From positions 64,001 through 128,000 of the IMG/VR virus record IMGVR_UViG_2595698668_000001: 64,000 nucleotides of DNA, one strand, 5' to 3'. Position numbers and translations under genes: made by a program. Below, piece after piece: positions 54,643 to 64,000 of this stretch. The stretch is from a virus. Taxonomy: Duplodnaviria; Caudoviricetes. A model generated the notes under the pieces. The model had not been told where the DNA came from, did not search any database, and saw nothing but the letters and a program-made list of their open reading frames with translations. How positions within the stretch are numbered: the stretch's first letter is position 1; each line of letters begins with the position of its first letter.

Positions 54643-56895
54643 TTAAATACTGCAACCAGCACACTCAGCTTCTTTGGTTACTTCGATCCCTTCTTCACTA
54701 CCATCACGAGTATTATGATAGTAAAGGGATTTCACTCCATACTTATTAGCAAAGACAACATCACGAAGAATAACGCTAATAGGAAGCTTGTTGTCTTCAT
54801 AATTAGATGGGATATAACTAGTGTTCGCACTAATACCCTGATCGAAGAATTTTTGGATGACCGCACAGATAGACAGATAACCAGTCATCCCGCCGCGATT
54901 AACCATCTTCCACAGAGGTTCATATTCATCAGCAAGGAATTCTACATCTGGAACAACCTGATTAAACGAACCATCCTTAGAAGCTTTTACGCTCACCAGA
55001 GATCGTACAGGTTCGATACCATTAGTTGCATTTAGAAGCTGTGAACTACTCTCAGCAGGCATTTGTGCAGTCACGGTATCATTACGAAGACCATGTAGGC
55101 GGATTTGACCACGCAACCATTCCCAATCTTGTTTTAGGTCATTTGGGGTTAGGTCGTCCACATTCTTGTTATACCAATCGATTGGAAGCAAACCGTCAGC
55201 CCACTTGGTTCGGTCGTGCCATTCACTACGACCCCGCTCTTTAGCAAGTTCCATAGACGCTCGAAGCAAGGAGAACTGCATAGCCTCGATATGCTCATGT
55301 ACCAGAGCAAGGGCAGCTTTGTCGTTGTATCCAACATAATTCTTTGCCAAGAAGTATGCCAAGTTTACCACACCAACACCAAGAGCACGACGTTTTTTTG
55401 CAGCAAGAGCTTGTTTGACTGGATAATCTTGATAGTCCAACAGATTATCTAGAGAACGAACGACGATTCTTGCCAATTCGAGATAATCATCTGTTGATTC
55501 AATCATACCCAAGTTAATCGCAGATAGGGTACAGAGTGCGATTTCTTCCTGATTTGATCCCATTGCATAAGTTGGTAAGAAAATCTCTTGACATAGATTT
55601 GACATTTTGATCTTTTCTTTGTATGGGGTCTGTTTGTTCATGTTATCAACAAACAAGCAATAAATCCGACCAGTACCAGCCCGTTCTGTCGCAAATGCAG
55701 TAAACAATTCAGATGCTTTGATACGCTTTTTGCGTATGACGTGGTTCATCTCAAGTGCAGCATAACGTTTCCTGAATTTGGTATCATCTGCATCATAGAA
55801 GTCTTCATACAACCGACCGCAATCAACGTCAGGGCTGAATAGGGTGATATACCCATCATCACGCAACCTCTCTAGAAACAGCTTATTGATATGCACACTG
55901 TAATCAAGACCCCGGATCCGGGTTTCATCAGTACCCTTGTTATTCTTCAATACAAGCAGTTTCTCAACCTCCAAATGCCACATAGGGTAATTCAGAGTAG
56001 CAGAGCCGCCACGTAGAGCACCTTGCGAACAGCTCTTAACCGCAGTATGGAAGTGCTTGTAGAATGGGATTACGCCGGTATGGGTTGCTTCGCCGTTGCG
56101 AATTGGTGAACCCTCCGCACGAATAGCACCAGCATTAATACCAATACCAGCACGTTGACTGATATAACTAATAATAGATGCAGACGTATCGTTAATAGAT
56201 TTCAGAGAATCGCCGGATTCAATTTTCACACACGAACTAAATTGGCGCGTTGGGGTGCGGGCACCACCCAAAATAGGGGTTGGGATTGAAATCTTAAATA
56301 GAGAAGCCGCATTATAATAATTGATTACGTGTTGAAGTCGGTTTACTTTTTCACTCTGATGTAGAGCCATAGCAATTCCCATATAAAGGAATTGGGGGGT
56401 TTCGTACATCTCCTTAGTTACTCTATTTCGTACCAAGTACTTTTCTTTTAACTGCATTGCACCAGCATATGTAAAATTCATATCTCGGGAATGGTCAATA
56501 TGAAGATTGAGGTATTCAATATCCGCTGGTGAATATTGTTTCAGAAGGTCTTTATCATAAAATCCAAGACCAACCAGTTTAGAAATATGGTCATACAATG
56601 AAATTGGATCGAATTGTCCATATACATCCTTACGAAGGGTGTACATAGTTAAACGACCCGCTACATATTGATAATCCGGTTCTTCAACGGAAATCATATT
56701 GGTTGCGGCTTTAATAACTTGCTTTTGGATATCCTTCGTGTTCATACCATCTGTAATGGATGACATTGCAGCATCAAGAATAGCGTGTGGATCTGCCTCT
56801 GTATTCTCACATGCAAATTCTATGACTTTTAAAATCTTATCCTTGCTAAATTCTTCGGTAATACCGCTCGATTTTACAACTTTACTGATCATCAA
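54643..56895 (-). CDS. nrdA: class Ia RNR alpha subunit
   Basis: ATP cone, RQFSSC, SNLCQEI, ALCTL, KSLYY, C-terminal CAGC. Confidence 0.97.
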   Translation of the reverse strand: MMISKVVKSSGITEEFSKDKILKVIEFACENTEADPHAILDAAMSSITDGMNTKDIQKQVIKAATNMISVEEPDYQYVAGRLTMYTLRKDVYGQFDPISLYDHISKLVGLGFYDKDLLKQYSPADIEYLNLHIDHSRDMNFTYAGAMQLKEKYLVRNRVTKEMYETPQFLYMGIAMALHQSEKVNRLQHVINYYNAASLFKISIPTPILGGARTPTRQFSSCVKIESGDSLKSINDTSASIISYISQRAGIGINAGAIRAEGSPIRNGEATHTGVIPFYKHFHTAVKSCSQGALRGGSATLNYPMWHLEVEKLLVLKNNKGTDETRIRGLDYSVHINKLFLERLRDDGYITLFSPDVDCGRLYEDFYDADDTKFRKRYAALEMNHVIRKKRIKASELFTAFATERAGTGRIYCLFVDNMNKQTPYKEKIKMSNLCQEIFLPTYAMGSNQEEIALCTLSAINLGMIESTDDYLELARIVVRSLDNLLDYQDYPVKQALAAKKRRALGVGVVNLAYFLAKNYVGYNDKAALALVHEHIEAMQFSLLRASMELAKERGRSEWHDRTKWADGLLPIDWYNKNVDDLTPNDLKQDWEWLRGQIRLHGLRNDTVTAQMPAESSSQLLNATNGIEPVRSLVSVKASKDGSFNQVVPDVEFLADEYEPLWKMVNRGGMTGYLSICAVIQKFFDQGISANTSYIPSNYEDNKLPISVILRDVVFANKYGVKSLYYHNTRDGSEEGIEVTKEAECAGCSI

Positions 56896-56929
56896 TTTAT
56901 CTCTTCCTTTTGTTTTCCATTATTATACC

Positions 56930-56963
56930 ATTTCCCTAAATACTTTTAGATATTAGAGGAAAT
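56930..56963 (+). promoter_or_regulatory. late-type promoter and SD-sequestering hairpin of the endonuclease gene
   Basis: CTAAATA at 56936-56942; atttccctaa pairs with ttagaggaaat, covering SD GAGGA. Confidence 0.6.
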
Positions 56964-56967
56964 TGAA

Positions 56968-57870
56968 ATGGAAAAAATTAACTATGGTCACTGGGTAACT
57001 GACGAGCAGTTTGACCCAAAAACGGTTCTTGGTTTTGTGTATATGATTACTTTCTCCAATGGTAAAAAATACATTGGAGCGAAACGGGTTTGGAAAAACC
57101 TAAAACGCCCACCATCCACATACAAGAGGCAGGGTAAAACAGAATTTATTGAATCTGATTGGCGCTCATATAGATCCAGTTCAAACGAAGTGGTTGAACT
57201 GGAAACCAGAGGTATAGAGATCTCAGAGATGAGGATCCTTGCCACTTATGATTCTTGGGGTAAAGTACTTCTTTTAGAATGTATGCTCCAATTCTCACTC
57301 AATGCGTTAACCTCCGATATATACCTAAACAAGCAAATTGAAGGCATGTTTACGGGGGCATGTTTTGATAAAAAGGTATACGATGACGTTGCTCGCCTCG
57401 TTGCAATTGAGCAATATGATGAGTCTATCCCACAGGTAATTGTTTACCGTGGTGGAGACAGAAGCGTTATATGTGACAAACAATCAGCAAAAGAATACAT
57501 CAAAGCTGGTTGGTCTGTTGCGTCTTTACCAGAAAAATATCATCGTAAAAGTATTCCAATGGTTCCCTATACAATCAAATGTAAGGAAACTGGGACTGAA
57601 TATACCATCAGTGATTTCAAAACTCAATACGAAGTTTCAAAAAAACTTGAATGTGTTGCAGGGGATCTTAGTCGGCTTCGTTCTGGTGAAATTCTGAACA
57701 TAGGTTCGTACACCATGAAGATTCAACGGGAACCCCAACGTTGGGTAAAAGACGGAGTTTCATACTACAGTACAGCAGAATTGAAATCCGCAAAGGTTGA
57801 CAAATCCGAGTGTGAACACTTCCCAGCAGAAGACCGGGAAGCTTATCGGATTAGATTGTCTAAGGCTTAA
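56968..57870 (+). CDS. GIY-YIG family endonuclease (free-standing homing endonuclease-like)
   Basis: GFVYMIT...GKKYIGAK, ESDWRSYRSS, YLN; the only convincing plus-strand gene. Confidence 0.8.
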   Translation: MEKINYGHWVTDEQFDPKTVLGFVYMITFSNGKKYIGAKRVWKNLKRPPSTYKRQGKTEFIESDWRSYRSSSNEVVELETRGIEISEMRILATYDSWGKVLLLECMLQFSLNALTSDIYLNKQIEGMFTGACFDKKVYDDVARLVAIEQYDESIPQVIVYRGGDRSVICDKQSAKEYIKAGWSVASLPEKYHRKSIPMVPYTIKCKETGTEYTISDFKTQYEVSKKLECVAGDLSRLRSGEILNIGSYTMKIQREPQRWVKDGVSYYSTAELKSAKVDKSECEHFPAEDREAYRIRLSKA

Positions 57871-58057
57871 TAAAGCGATGCCAAGACAGCGAAAGCCCAC
57901 TCAACATAGAGATATGATAGAGATGGGTTTTTGTCAAAGGGGAACGGGATCAGTGGGATTGTTACTGAAAAAGTTTTACTGTTCATCAAAAATTATCCTT
58001 ATGGTTAGTTGATTACTAGATAGTACTACATCCAAAACAGAATGTAAACTATAGATC

Positions 58058-58171
58058 TCGAACGTAGTGAGACGGCGTAGCCGCCTGTTCGCTTCGCTCA
58101 CACTTTCTAATTATAGATTTTCTATATAAATACTTATAGAGATTTTATACTTTGATTGCACTTGAAACTAA
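58058..58171. repeat. 114-bp element, copy 2
   Basis: Reverse complement of 17015-17128 with one mismatch (58119/17067); TATAAATA on the plus strand at 58125-58132. Confidence 0.97.
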
Positions 58172-58183
58172 TCCATAGACACG

Positions 58184-58213
58184 AAAAGCCTACCCAAAAC
58201 AGGGTAGGCTTTT
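58184..58213. terminator. bidirectional terminator
   Basis: aaaagcctaccc-aaaaca-gggtaggctttt. Confidence 0.85.
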
Positions 58214-58216
58214 CAT

Positions 58217-61200
58217 TTATACCTTTTTCCAATTAACTGTCTGTAGTTTTACACCTACCAGACCGATTGGTCTTATGTCAATAACTTTGTATTGACTAGA
58301 TGGCTCTAACCAGTTATCGACATCAATATCTTTCGATACGACATAGTTACCAGTTCCTATATATGCATATTTAGTTTGCAATATACCACCAATTTTTAAG
58401 GTTACTTCTAGTTGAGAATATGGTGTCACTTTTCCTTCAAACTCAATGATCATACTATGAGTTGAACCACCACTAACAATTTTAGATATCTTATCATTGT
58501 ATATATAGATATCATCCTTCAACCTACCGTTCCCGGCTACATCCCCAAGCACAGAATCCCATCCAACAACCCCTCCACCAGTTTTAAGAAGAACAGAACG
58601 TAGCTTCTTTCTGAATGTCAGAGTATTTTGAATAATATCGTTTTCTGGGATTATATATCCATTGTCAACTAAGTTATAAACTCGTGAGCTAGATACGGTA
58701 TTTGTTGATTCTATCATATCTATTTGTTTGATGATAGAGGATGAATTCCTCATACACATATCAGAAGATATCCCATCAACATGGTTATATGTTGAATTGC
58801 TAATAACAGAGTTTGTTCTGATATATAGGTTTGGAAAATTGTATTGAATGTCAATATCAAATTCCTTACCAACAGTCATACCATGGTTAATGGTAATATT
58901 GCTTATATTAGAACCCCGATTTTTGACAACAAACTGCAAAGTGGTTGACGATAAAGTGATGAATATACCATGAGTTTTATCCGTATTATCAAGGTAATAA
59001 CCACTAGAGAAATTATCACCAATGAATCTCAGTCTCCACGAATCTTTTTGTGGTAACCACGCTGGTAATATATTTAGGTAATTGTTATTTGATAGGTTTG
59101 GAACCCAAGAACTCATTGTATTCCCGATCATTTGAGGTTCTTCAAATGTATTAAAGAAATACGAAGCCCCTGCTACGTTATACCCGATGGCATCCGTTTT
59201 TGTGGAATATGCTACTAGACTTCTAACAGTCACAACATCCCCATTTCTTGCATTTGGTACACAGATATATAGACCTGAATCATGAGACGATTCTGTGTGG
59301 TTATGATAAATAACACCTTTAAATCTACCGTATGGTAAAGATTTGAGAATCTGACCGACACCAACTGTTGTACCATATACATCTTTAAGAAATAATGGTC
59401 TAGGGCAATCGATATCATATTCTATTCTATATCTTCCCTTTGCTGGTAAGTTAAGATGATATGTCATCCCACCTTCTGATACATCTTTTACAAATTTGAA
59501 TCTGTTGTTACTAACCACACTAATCGGGGAGTTCAAGTCATCCGACATTTTCCATTTAGACAGATCAACAGTATCATATACCAATACACCAGCATTATTC
59601 TGATCTTCTATACCAGTTGAGTAGTAGTTAAATCTAGATTCTTGAGTGTTTATATATGACCTAGAATCATTATCCCCGACAATATTAATGTCCCATATTT
59701 GACCATTCAAACATTCAGTTTTTGAATATCTACCACCAATATTTCTTATTACCGAACCTTTTTTCAGTTCGACAACAATACTATGTGGAATATTAGGAGT
59801 AATGGCTTCACCGTTATATGGCTTTCCGTCCAATTGAACAATAGACATATATGTGGAAGAAAAAGTCAGTACCTTCTGTCTAGATATATATAACCATCCA
59901 CCTTGAAGTTCTTGAGCGTTAGAACTTCGTCCATCCAATAGGTACATATTGAAATCTACGTTTCCAAAAATGAAATTGAATGTGGTATAACCAGATTTAT
60001 TGATCAAATATACTGGTGGAATATCAACCATCGTACCCCCATTGAAATTGAAGGTGTATTTGTTGTTTTTAACCCATGATATAGTAGGTTTCTCACTAAT
60101 TATATCTGGGTCAGTATAACAATCAACATCAAATTTAAGGTTTGTCATATTACCGGCAGATATCCAATTCACGCCATCTTTTCTAAAGAAGAACATGTGT
60201 CTAGGCTGTAGTCCCTGTGCTGATTGTCTTTCTGCAATAACCTCATATCTTTTGTTCATTTCAATACCGGTATTCAACGTAGCACCGTTATTTTCAACTA
60301 TGGTAACATAAGCCTTAGAACCGGTTTTCATTCCTGCTGGGATTAGTTGACTTCCGATGCCGCAATATAGCCAACCACCACCCGCATCCGGTGTGATATT
60401 GGAACCGGAATAATAAACACCACTAGCCGGAGAAGACCCTTTAATAAAAGGTAGTTTTTCTGATTGTGGATATTCATAATACCTTGAATTATTTGGTATC
60501 TCATAATCTTCATACTCCGAAGATATGATATACCCACTCATTTCAGATCCAACTCGAATTTCTTCAAACTCTCGTCTTGCTAAGTCTTCTATTGTTGTAC
60601 TTCCAACTAAAACCCCGTTGACATAAAACTTCATACTTGGGCTATCAATTTCCAACTTATACAAATATTCTTTATTACAAGAAATGATTTCATTCGTGGT
60701 AATCGTTTTTCCAGCATAAGTAACAATATGACCCATACCGGTAGGATGAGTCTTTGTTGTCATACCAATGAAAATAGTATCATCGGATCCAGATCCAACC
60801 CGGTTTACCGGTACGTTAGTATCTGTATAAACCATTGATATAAAATAAGAAAATTTCTTACCGACTACCAATTTAGGGTCTTTTATATATTTTCCATCAT
60901 TATAAGTGAAGTGAGGAAAACTAACATTTTCTAAATTACCATATTCAAATGCCGTAATATTTTTCTCTTTAATTCTACCTACAATATCCCCACTGGTTTC
61001 TATCGCATCTTCTGTAATAAAACCCCATTGACCAATAGAAGCAGTTCCGGATTTAACAACTACCGGTTTTTTCCTGAATACGGATACCGTGCGAACCCCA
61101 GTAGTACCAACATATTGGGATTTAACGGGCCATGACGTAGCATATACGGTTAATCTATCTATTGTGGTTGGAACAACAAAATCGTTATAAACAAAATCCC

Positions 61201-61996
61201 ACTGCCCAGACGTATCAAGAGAACTGACATATCCGGAAGTTACGGAAGTATTTCCGTTGTATCCAATATAATATAGTCTTATTGATTCACCTGCCGCAGC
61301 CGCAAGGTCGTCCCTATACGTCTCTAGAGTGAATCTGAGGGTTTCCCCCCAATTAACCACCATATCAGATATAAGGGTTTTATTCATGAATGTTTTGAAT
61401 TCCGCTGTTTTTGATTTTGCGTTTATATATTCCTGTTGGTCTGAGATGATATTGTTTCCATATCCAACAACACCAATATCATTGAACGTATCAAAAACAA
61501 CTTCTAGAGAAACATTTATAAACGAACTAACCCCAAATTGTTCTACCATAATCTTTTTGAGACCACAGTCATATATTGCAGCGTATCGGGTGTTCTGTGT
61601 GTTTGTTGATGGATTCCAATGATTTGACCAACCAATACATCCAATCTTTTTGAAATAGTTGTTGATTGATGTAGTTGTTATGTTTTCACCATGAGAGATC
61701 ATTAGAATAATCCCACTACCAATGGAATTGATCCAACCTTCAAACCGATTTACGTCAGTTTGATTCTTAAAATTAAAAACGTCTCTGATTCCAACACTAA
61801 GGTCGTTGTTTATACTGATGCACTCAAGACCGTCTATTTCGACTGGGTTGATTGAGTATCCATTGATAGACGCAATTTTATTTTGAGTGTCTGTTTTTGG
61901 GGATATCTTGATCTGATTTAATCCAGAAAAGTTCTCTGATAATTTATTAGACTTGATACCACCGTTTGAAATACTTGATATAACAAGTTCGGCCAT
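58217..61996 (-). CDS. 35: long tail fibre hinge protein gp35 with ~900-aa C-terminal extension
   Basis: YAAIYD..KKIMVEQ...LEVVFDTFNDIGVVGYG and GQWDFVYNDFVVP align with T4 gp35; follows gene 34. Confidence 0.8.
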   Translation of the reverse strand: MAELVISSISNGGIKSNKLSENFSGLNQIKISPKTDTQNKIASINGYSINPVEIDGLECISINNDLSVGIRDVFNFKNQTDVNRFEGWINSIGSGIILMISHGENITTTSINNYFKKIGCIGWSNHWNPSTNTQNTRYAAIYDCGLKKIMVEQFGVSSFINVSLEVVFDTFNDIGVVGYGNNIISDQQEYINAKSKTAEFKTFMNKTLISDMVVNWGETLRFTLETYRDDLAAAAGESIRLYYIGYNGNTSVTSGYVSSLDTSGQWDFVYNDFVVPTTIDRLTVYATSWPVKSQYVGTTGVRTVSVFRKKPVVVKSGTASIGQWGFITEDAIETSGDIVGRIKEKNITAFEYGNLENVSFPHFTYNDGKYIKDPKLVVGKKFSYFISMVYTDTNVPVNRVGSGSDDTIFIGMTTKTHPTGMGHIVTYAGKTITTNEIISCNKEYLYKLEIDSPSMKFYVNGVLVGSTTIEDLARREFEEIRVGSEMSGYIISSEYEDYEIPNNSRYYEYPQSEKLPFIKGSSPASGVYYSGSNITPDAGGGWLYCGIGSQLIPAGMKTGSKAYVTIVENNGATLNTGIEMNKRYEVIAERQSAQGLQPRHMFFFRKDGVNWISAGNMTNLKFDVDCYTDPDIISEKPTISWVKNNKYTFNFNGGTMVDIPPVYLINKSGYTTFNFIFGNVDFNMYLLDGRSSNAQELQGGWLYISRQKVLTFSSTYMSIVQLDGKPYNGEAITPNIPHSIVVELKKGSVIRNIGGRYSKTECLNGQIWDINIVGDNDSRSYINTQESRFNYYSTGIEDQNNAGVLVYDTVDLSKWKMSDDLNSPISVVSNNRFKFVKDVSEGGMTYHLNLPAKGRYRIEYDIDCPRPLFLKDVYGTTVGVGQILKSLPYGRFKGVIYHNHTESSHDSGLYICVPNARNGDVVTVRSLVAYSTKTDAIGYNVAGASYFFNTFEEPQMIGNTMSSWVPNLSNNNYLNILPAWLPQKDSWRLRFIGDNFSSGYYLDNTDKTHGIFITLSSTTLQFVVKNRGSNISNITINHGMTVGKEFDIDIQYNFPNLYIRTNSVISNSTYNHVDGISSDMCMRNSSSIIKQIDMIESTNTVSSSRVYNLVDNGYIIPENDIIQNTLTFRKKLRSVLLKTGGGVVGWDSVLGDVAGNGRLKDDIYIYNDKISKIVSGGSTHSMIIEFEGKVTPYSQLEVTLKIGGILQTKYAYIGTGNYVVSKDIDVDNWLEPSSQYKVIDIRPIGLVGVKLQTVNWKKV

Positions 61997-62011
61997 TATA
62001 TTGCCCCTATG

Positions 62012-62037
62012 AAAAAGCCACCCCGTAGGATGGCTTT
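62012..62037 (-). terminator. terminator-like hairpin between 34 and 35
   Basis: AAAGCCATCC-tacg-GGGTGGCTTTTT. Confidence 0.7.
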
Positions 62038-62043
62038 GTTTTA

Positions 62044-64000
62044 TTAACTGATCCAAACAAAGTCAACAGACTTGGTAGTTGGGTTTGCTCTTATTTCTAA
62101 GAATTCCCCGTTACCAACTGCTATCCTAAGTTTATTTACGGTTGTTGTTCCATTCAGGTTAGAATCACCATTTACGGTTAGTGCTTTCACCGAATTGATG
62201 ATAAGCTCACCTGTCATGGTATCACCGCCCTTAAACACACGAGAACCAGATGTAGTATTCATATCGTCTATCACGGAATCCAGATAGTCTTTACGAATTG
62301 CATCATCAGGGTCAATCGGTAATGCACTTCCTATCTTAACTTGAGCATTTACCTTTAAGTCACCATTTGATTCAAACGATGATGTATTGGATGGCGAAGA
62401 TAGACCGTTAGGGCGAATTTGTAATCCACCAAGAGAACCAATATTCAAACTCTCGTTTGAGTTTATGGTTATCCCACTCTTAGAAGTATTACCCATCCAT
62501 ATGTTTTGAACACCACTGTTCTTAAAATATGTAGTATTAACAAAAGTTTTGCTTCCGGTAATAGTTTCTGCGAAGTTACCCGGTCCACGAACATATCTTT
62601 CTTCTGCATAAGCAAAACGAACAAGGTGATTTCCTGACGTTGGGTTCTGTCCGCCGTTTTGAACTTGGTTGGTGAATATTGCGTTACCATCACGTTCGAC
62701 AGTAAAGATCCTATAGTATCTACTGTTTTCGTCCATTGCGTTAAGGATTAATGGACCATCAATCGTGTTTACACCAAGATCCAAAAACGCATTGCTACCC
62801 TGACGTTTCCACTGGATCATGGATACATGAGATGTAGTCGATGTTTCGTTGAGGTAGAAATAAGGTCTAATCTTCTCAATAGACGGATTTGCAGTAAACG
62901 TCATTTCACCGGTTATTGTTTGTGCAATAGTACGACGAACCCAATCAGTTGAAGGTATACGGTTTCCACCAACCTCCATTGCACTGGCACTTACAGCCAC
63001 CGCTTTTAGTGGTAGGAAATTGGCTAATGCTGTATTCAAACCTCTTGGGGAAACCAATACATCCCCGTGTGCATAACCGGTTAATGCTCTTGTAGAACCA
63101 AGAATATCATTACCTTCAAACACAGAGTTGGCGGAGTTGTTGTTTGACAATATCGCAGTAATACCAACACCATATCTGGTATCCGTCATTCTATATCCTG
63201 CACTATTTCTAGAGCTGGTCAGAGCGGTTAACGGGGTTAGATATTTTGTGTTGTTAGTACCGGTATCAACCTCAGATTGAGTTGCAATTTGCGACAAACC
63301 AGTTTGGGTTGTAGTTGCCAACCTAGCACTCAGTTTCTTTGGAGTTACGATAATTTCGTCATTTGCGGTTCCGGTCATATCGTTTACTTCGATCTGAGTT
63401 GCAATTCTCGCAGTACCTCGTTGTGACTCAGTAGGAATAACGATATTAAAAGATTGACCTTCCCAGATGTTACCAACTGTTCTAAGTCCTGCTGTATCAA
63501 ATACAGTCAGTCTTTCTCTAGCCAACCAATTACCAAATGTTTTTGGAGTAACAAACCATTTGTCATGTAATGTCCCTGCATCTACTTCCGCTTGTGTTGC
63601 GGTTTCGGACAAACCCCAACGGGCTTCCGTTGCAGTTCTGCTTACAAGTCCTTTTATGCTAACGTGTACGTTGTCACCAGCCGGTGGGGTGTTGCTAAGT
63701 ACTTCTGCGGCGGTTGCAGCCCTTGACAACCCGGTTAGTGATGCTGTAGCCTGACGTCCTTCTAGGGTGGTCGCTGTTACTACTAACGCACCAGTTGCGG
63801 TGTCAGCAGTACCTGTGTTAACCTCCCCTTGGTTGGCAATGTACACCATACCTTGTGAAAACTCAGTTGCATTTTTCTCAAATAGAGTTTTCGGAGTGAT
63901 TACCTTGCTATGATCGTTATAATCATAAACACCTGTACCCGGAGTTGTTCTTGTGGTAGGCTTAGTTCCATTAGCTGAGACAAGAGCCGATAAACCAGTC
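62044..64000 (-). CDS. 34: long tail fibre proximal subunit, 3' part (gene starts outside the window)
   Basis: Repeated AT..G...ATQ.EV..G...VTPK motifs; C-terminal IRANPTTKSVDFVWIS like T4 gp34. Confidence 0.93.
   Translation of the reverse strand, partial: TGLSALVSANGTKPTTRTTPGTGVYDYNDHSKVITPKTLFEKNATEFSQGMVYIANQGEVNTGTADTATGALVVTATTLEGRQATASLTGLSRAATAAEVLSNTPPAGDNVHVSIKGLVSRTATEARWGLSETATQAEVDAGTLHDKWFVTPKTFGNWLARERLTVFDTAGLRTVGNIWEGQSFNIVIPTESQRGTARIATQIEVNDMTGTANDEIIVTPKKLSARLATTTQTGLSQIATQSEVDTGTNNTKYLTPLTALTSSRNSAGYRMTDTRYGVGITAILSNNNSANSVFEGNDILGSTRALTGYAHGDVLVSPRGLNTALANFLPLKAVAVSASAMEVGGNRIPSTDWVRRTIAQTITGEMTFTANPSIEKIRPYFYLNETSTTSHVSMIQWKRQGSNAFLDLGVNTIDGPLILNAMDENSRYYRIFTVERDGNAIFTNQVQNGGQNPTSGNHLVRFAYAEERYVRGPGNFAETITGSKTFVNTTYFKNSGVQNIWMGNTSKSGITINSNESLNIGSLGGLQIRPNGLSSPSNTSSFESNGDLKVNAQVKIGSALPIDPDDAIRKDYLDSVIDDMNTTSGSRVFKGGDTMTGELIINSVKALTVNGDSNLNGTTTVNKLRIAVGNGEFLEIRANPTTKSVDFVWIS

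Noticed and set aside
51583-56895. Group I introns or inteins in nrdA, nrdB or nrdD
   Set aside because: All three ORFs are continuous and of normal length
56988-57245. 85-aa minus-strand ORF
   Set aside because: Antisense to the GIY-YIG gene, which has clear motifs and an SD
57797-58012. 71-aa plus-strand ORF after the endonuclease
   Set aside because: TTG start inside the upstream gene, crosses a hairpin, no motif support
62044-64000. Peptide repeats in the tail fibre gene
   Set aside because: Ordinary gp34 repeat motifs, not a DNA repeat array or diversity-generating element
1-64000. tRNA or rRNA genes
   Set aside because: No cloverleaf or T-arm signatures seen in the short intergenic regions by eye; tRNAscan-SE would be needed to exclude them formally

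Overview
This window is part of an AT-rich T4-like (Straboviridae-type) myophage genome. The split gene 43, fused gene 39+60 and dUTPase in place of gp56 suggest an Aeromonas-type phage, which is an inference only. Almost all genes are on the minus strand. Left to right: (1) 1-22 kb is an accessory region with a PRPP-synthetase-like gene (partial), an ADP-ribosyltransferase-like ORF, NADAR (30.3), an RlaP-type nucleotidyltransferase, a cREC receiver domain, an HD hydrolase, a CCA-adding enzyme, 30.9, gp31, dCMP deaminase, PseT, a YbiI/DksA-type Zn finger, a vs.1 transglycosylase, Alc, a SprT protease, a GNAT and an exonuclease. (2) 22.7-48 kb is the T4 core: rIIB, rIIA, 39/60, dexA, dUTPase, 61, 41, 40, uvsX, 43B/43A, regA, 62, 44, 45, 46, 47, 55. 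(3) 48-57 kb holds a helicase-like gene, a nuclease and a nrdH-nrdC-nrdG-nrdD-nrdB-nrdA cluster. (4) The right end has a plus-strand GIY-YIG endonuclease, a greatly extended gp35 and the 3' part of gp34. The most notable observations are a 114-bp element present twice in inverted orientation 41 kb apart (GNA mini-hairpins plus a late promoter), an ACP-like domain lacking the phosphopantetheine serine fused to rIIB, a stand-alone degenerate Hint (intein-like) protein between genes 40 and 41, an ART-NADAR-Adps cluster, and a gp35 with a ~900-aa extension and no adjacent 36/37/38. All family calls come from motif recognition by eye, not from database searches.
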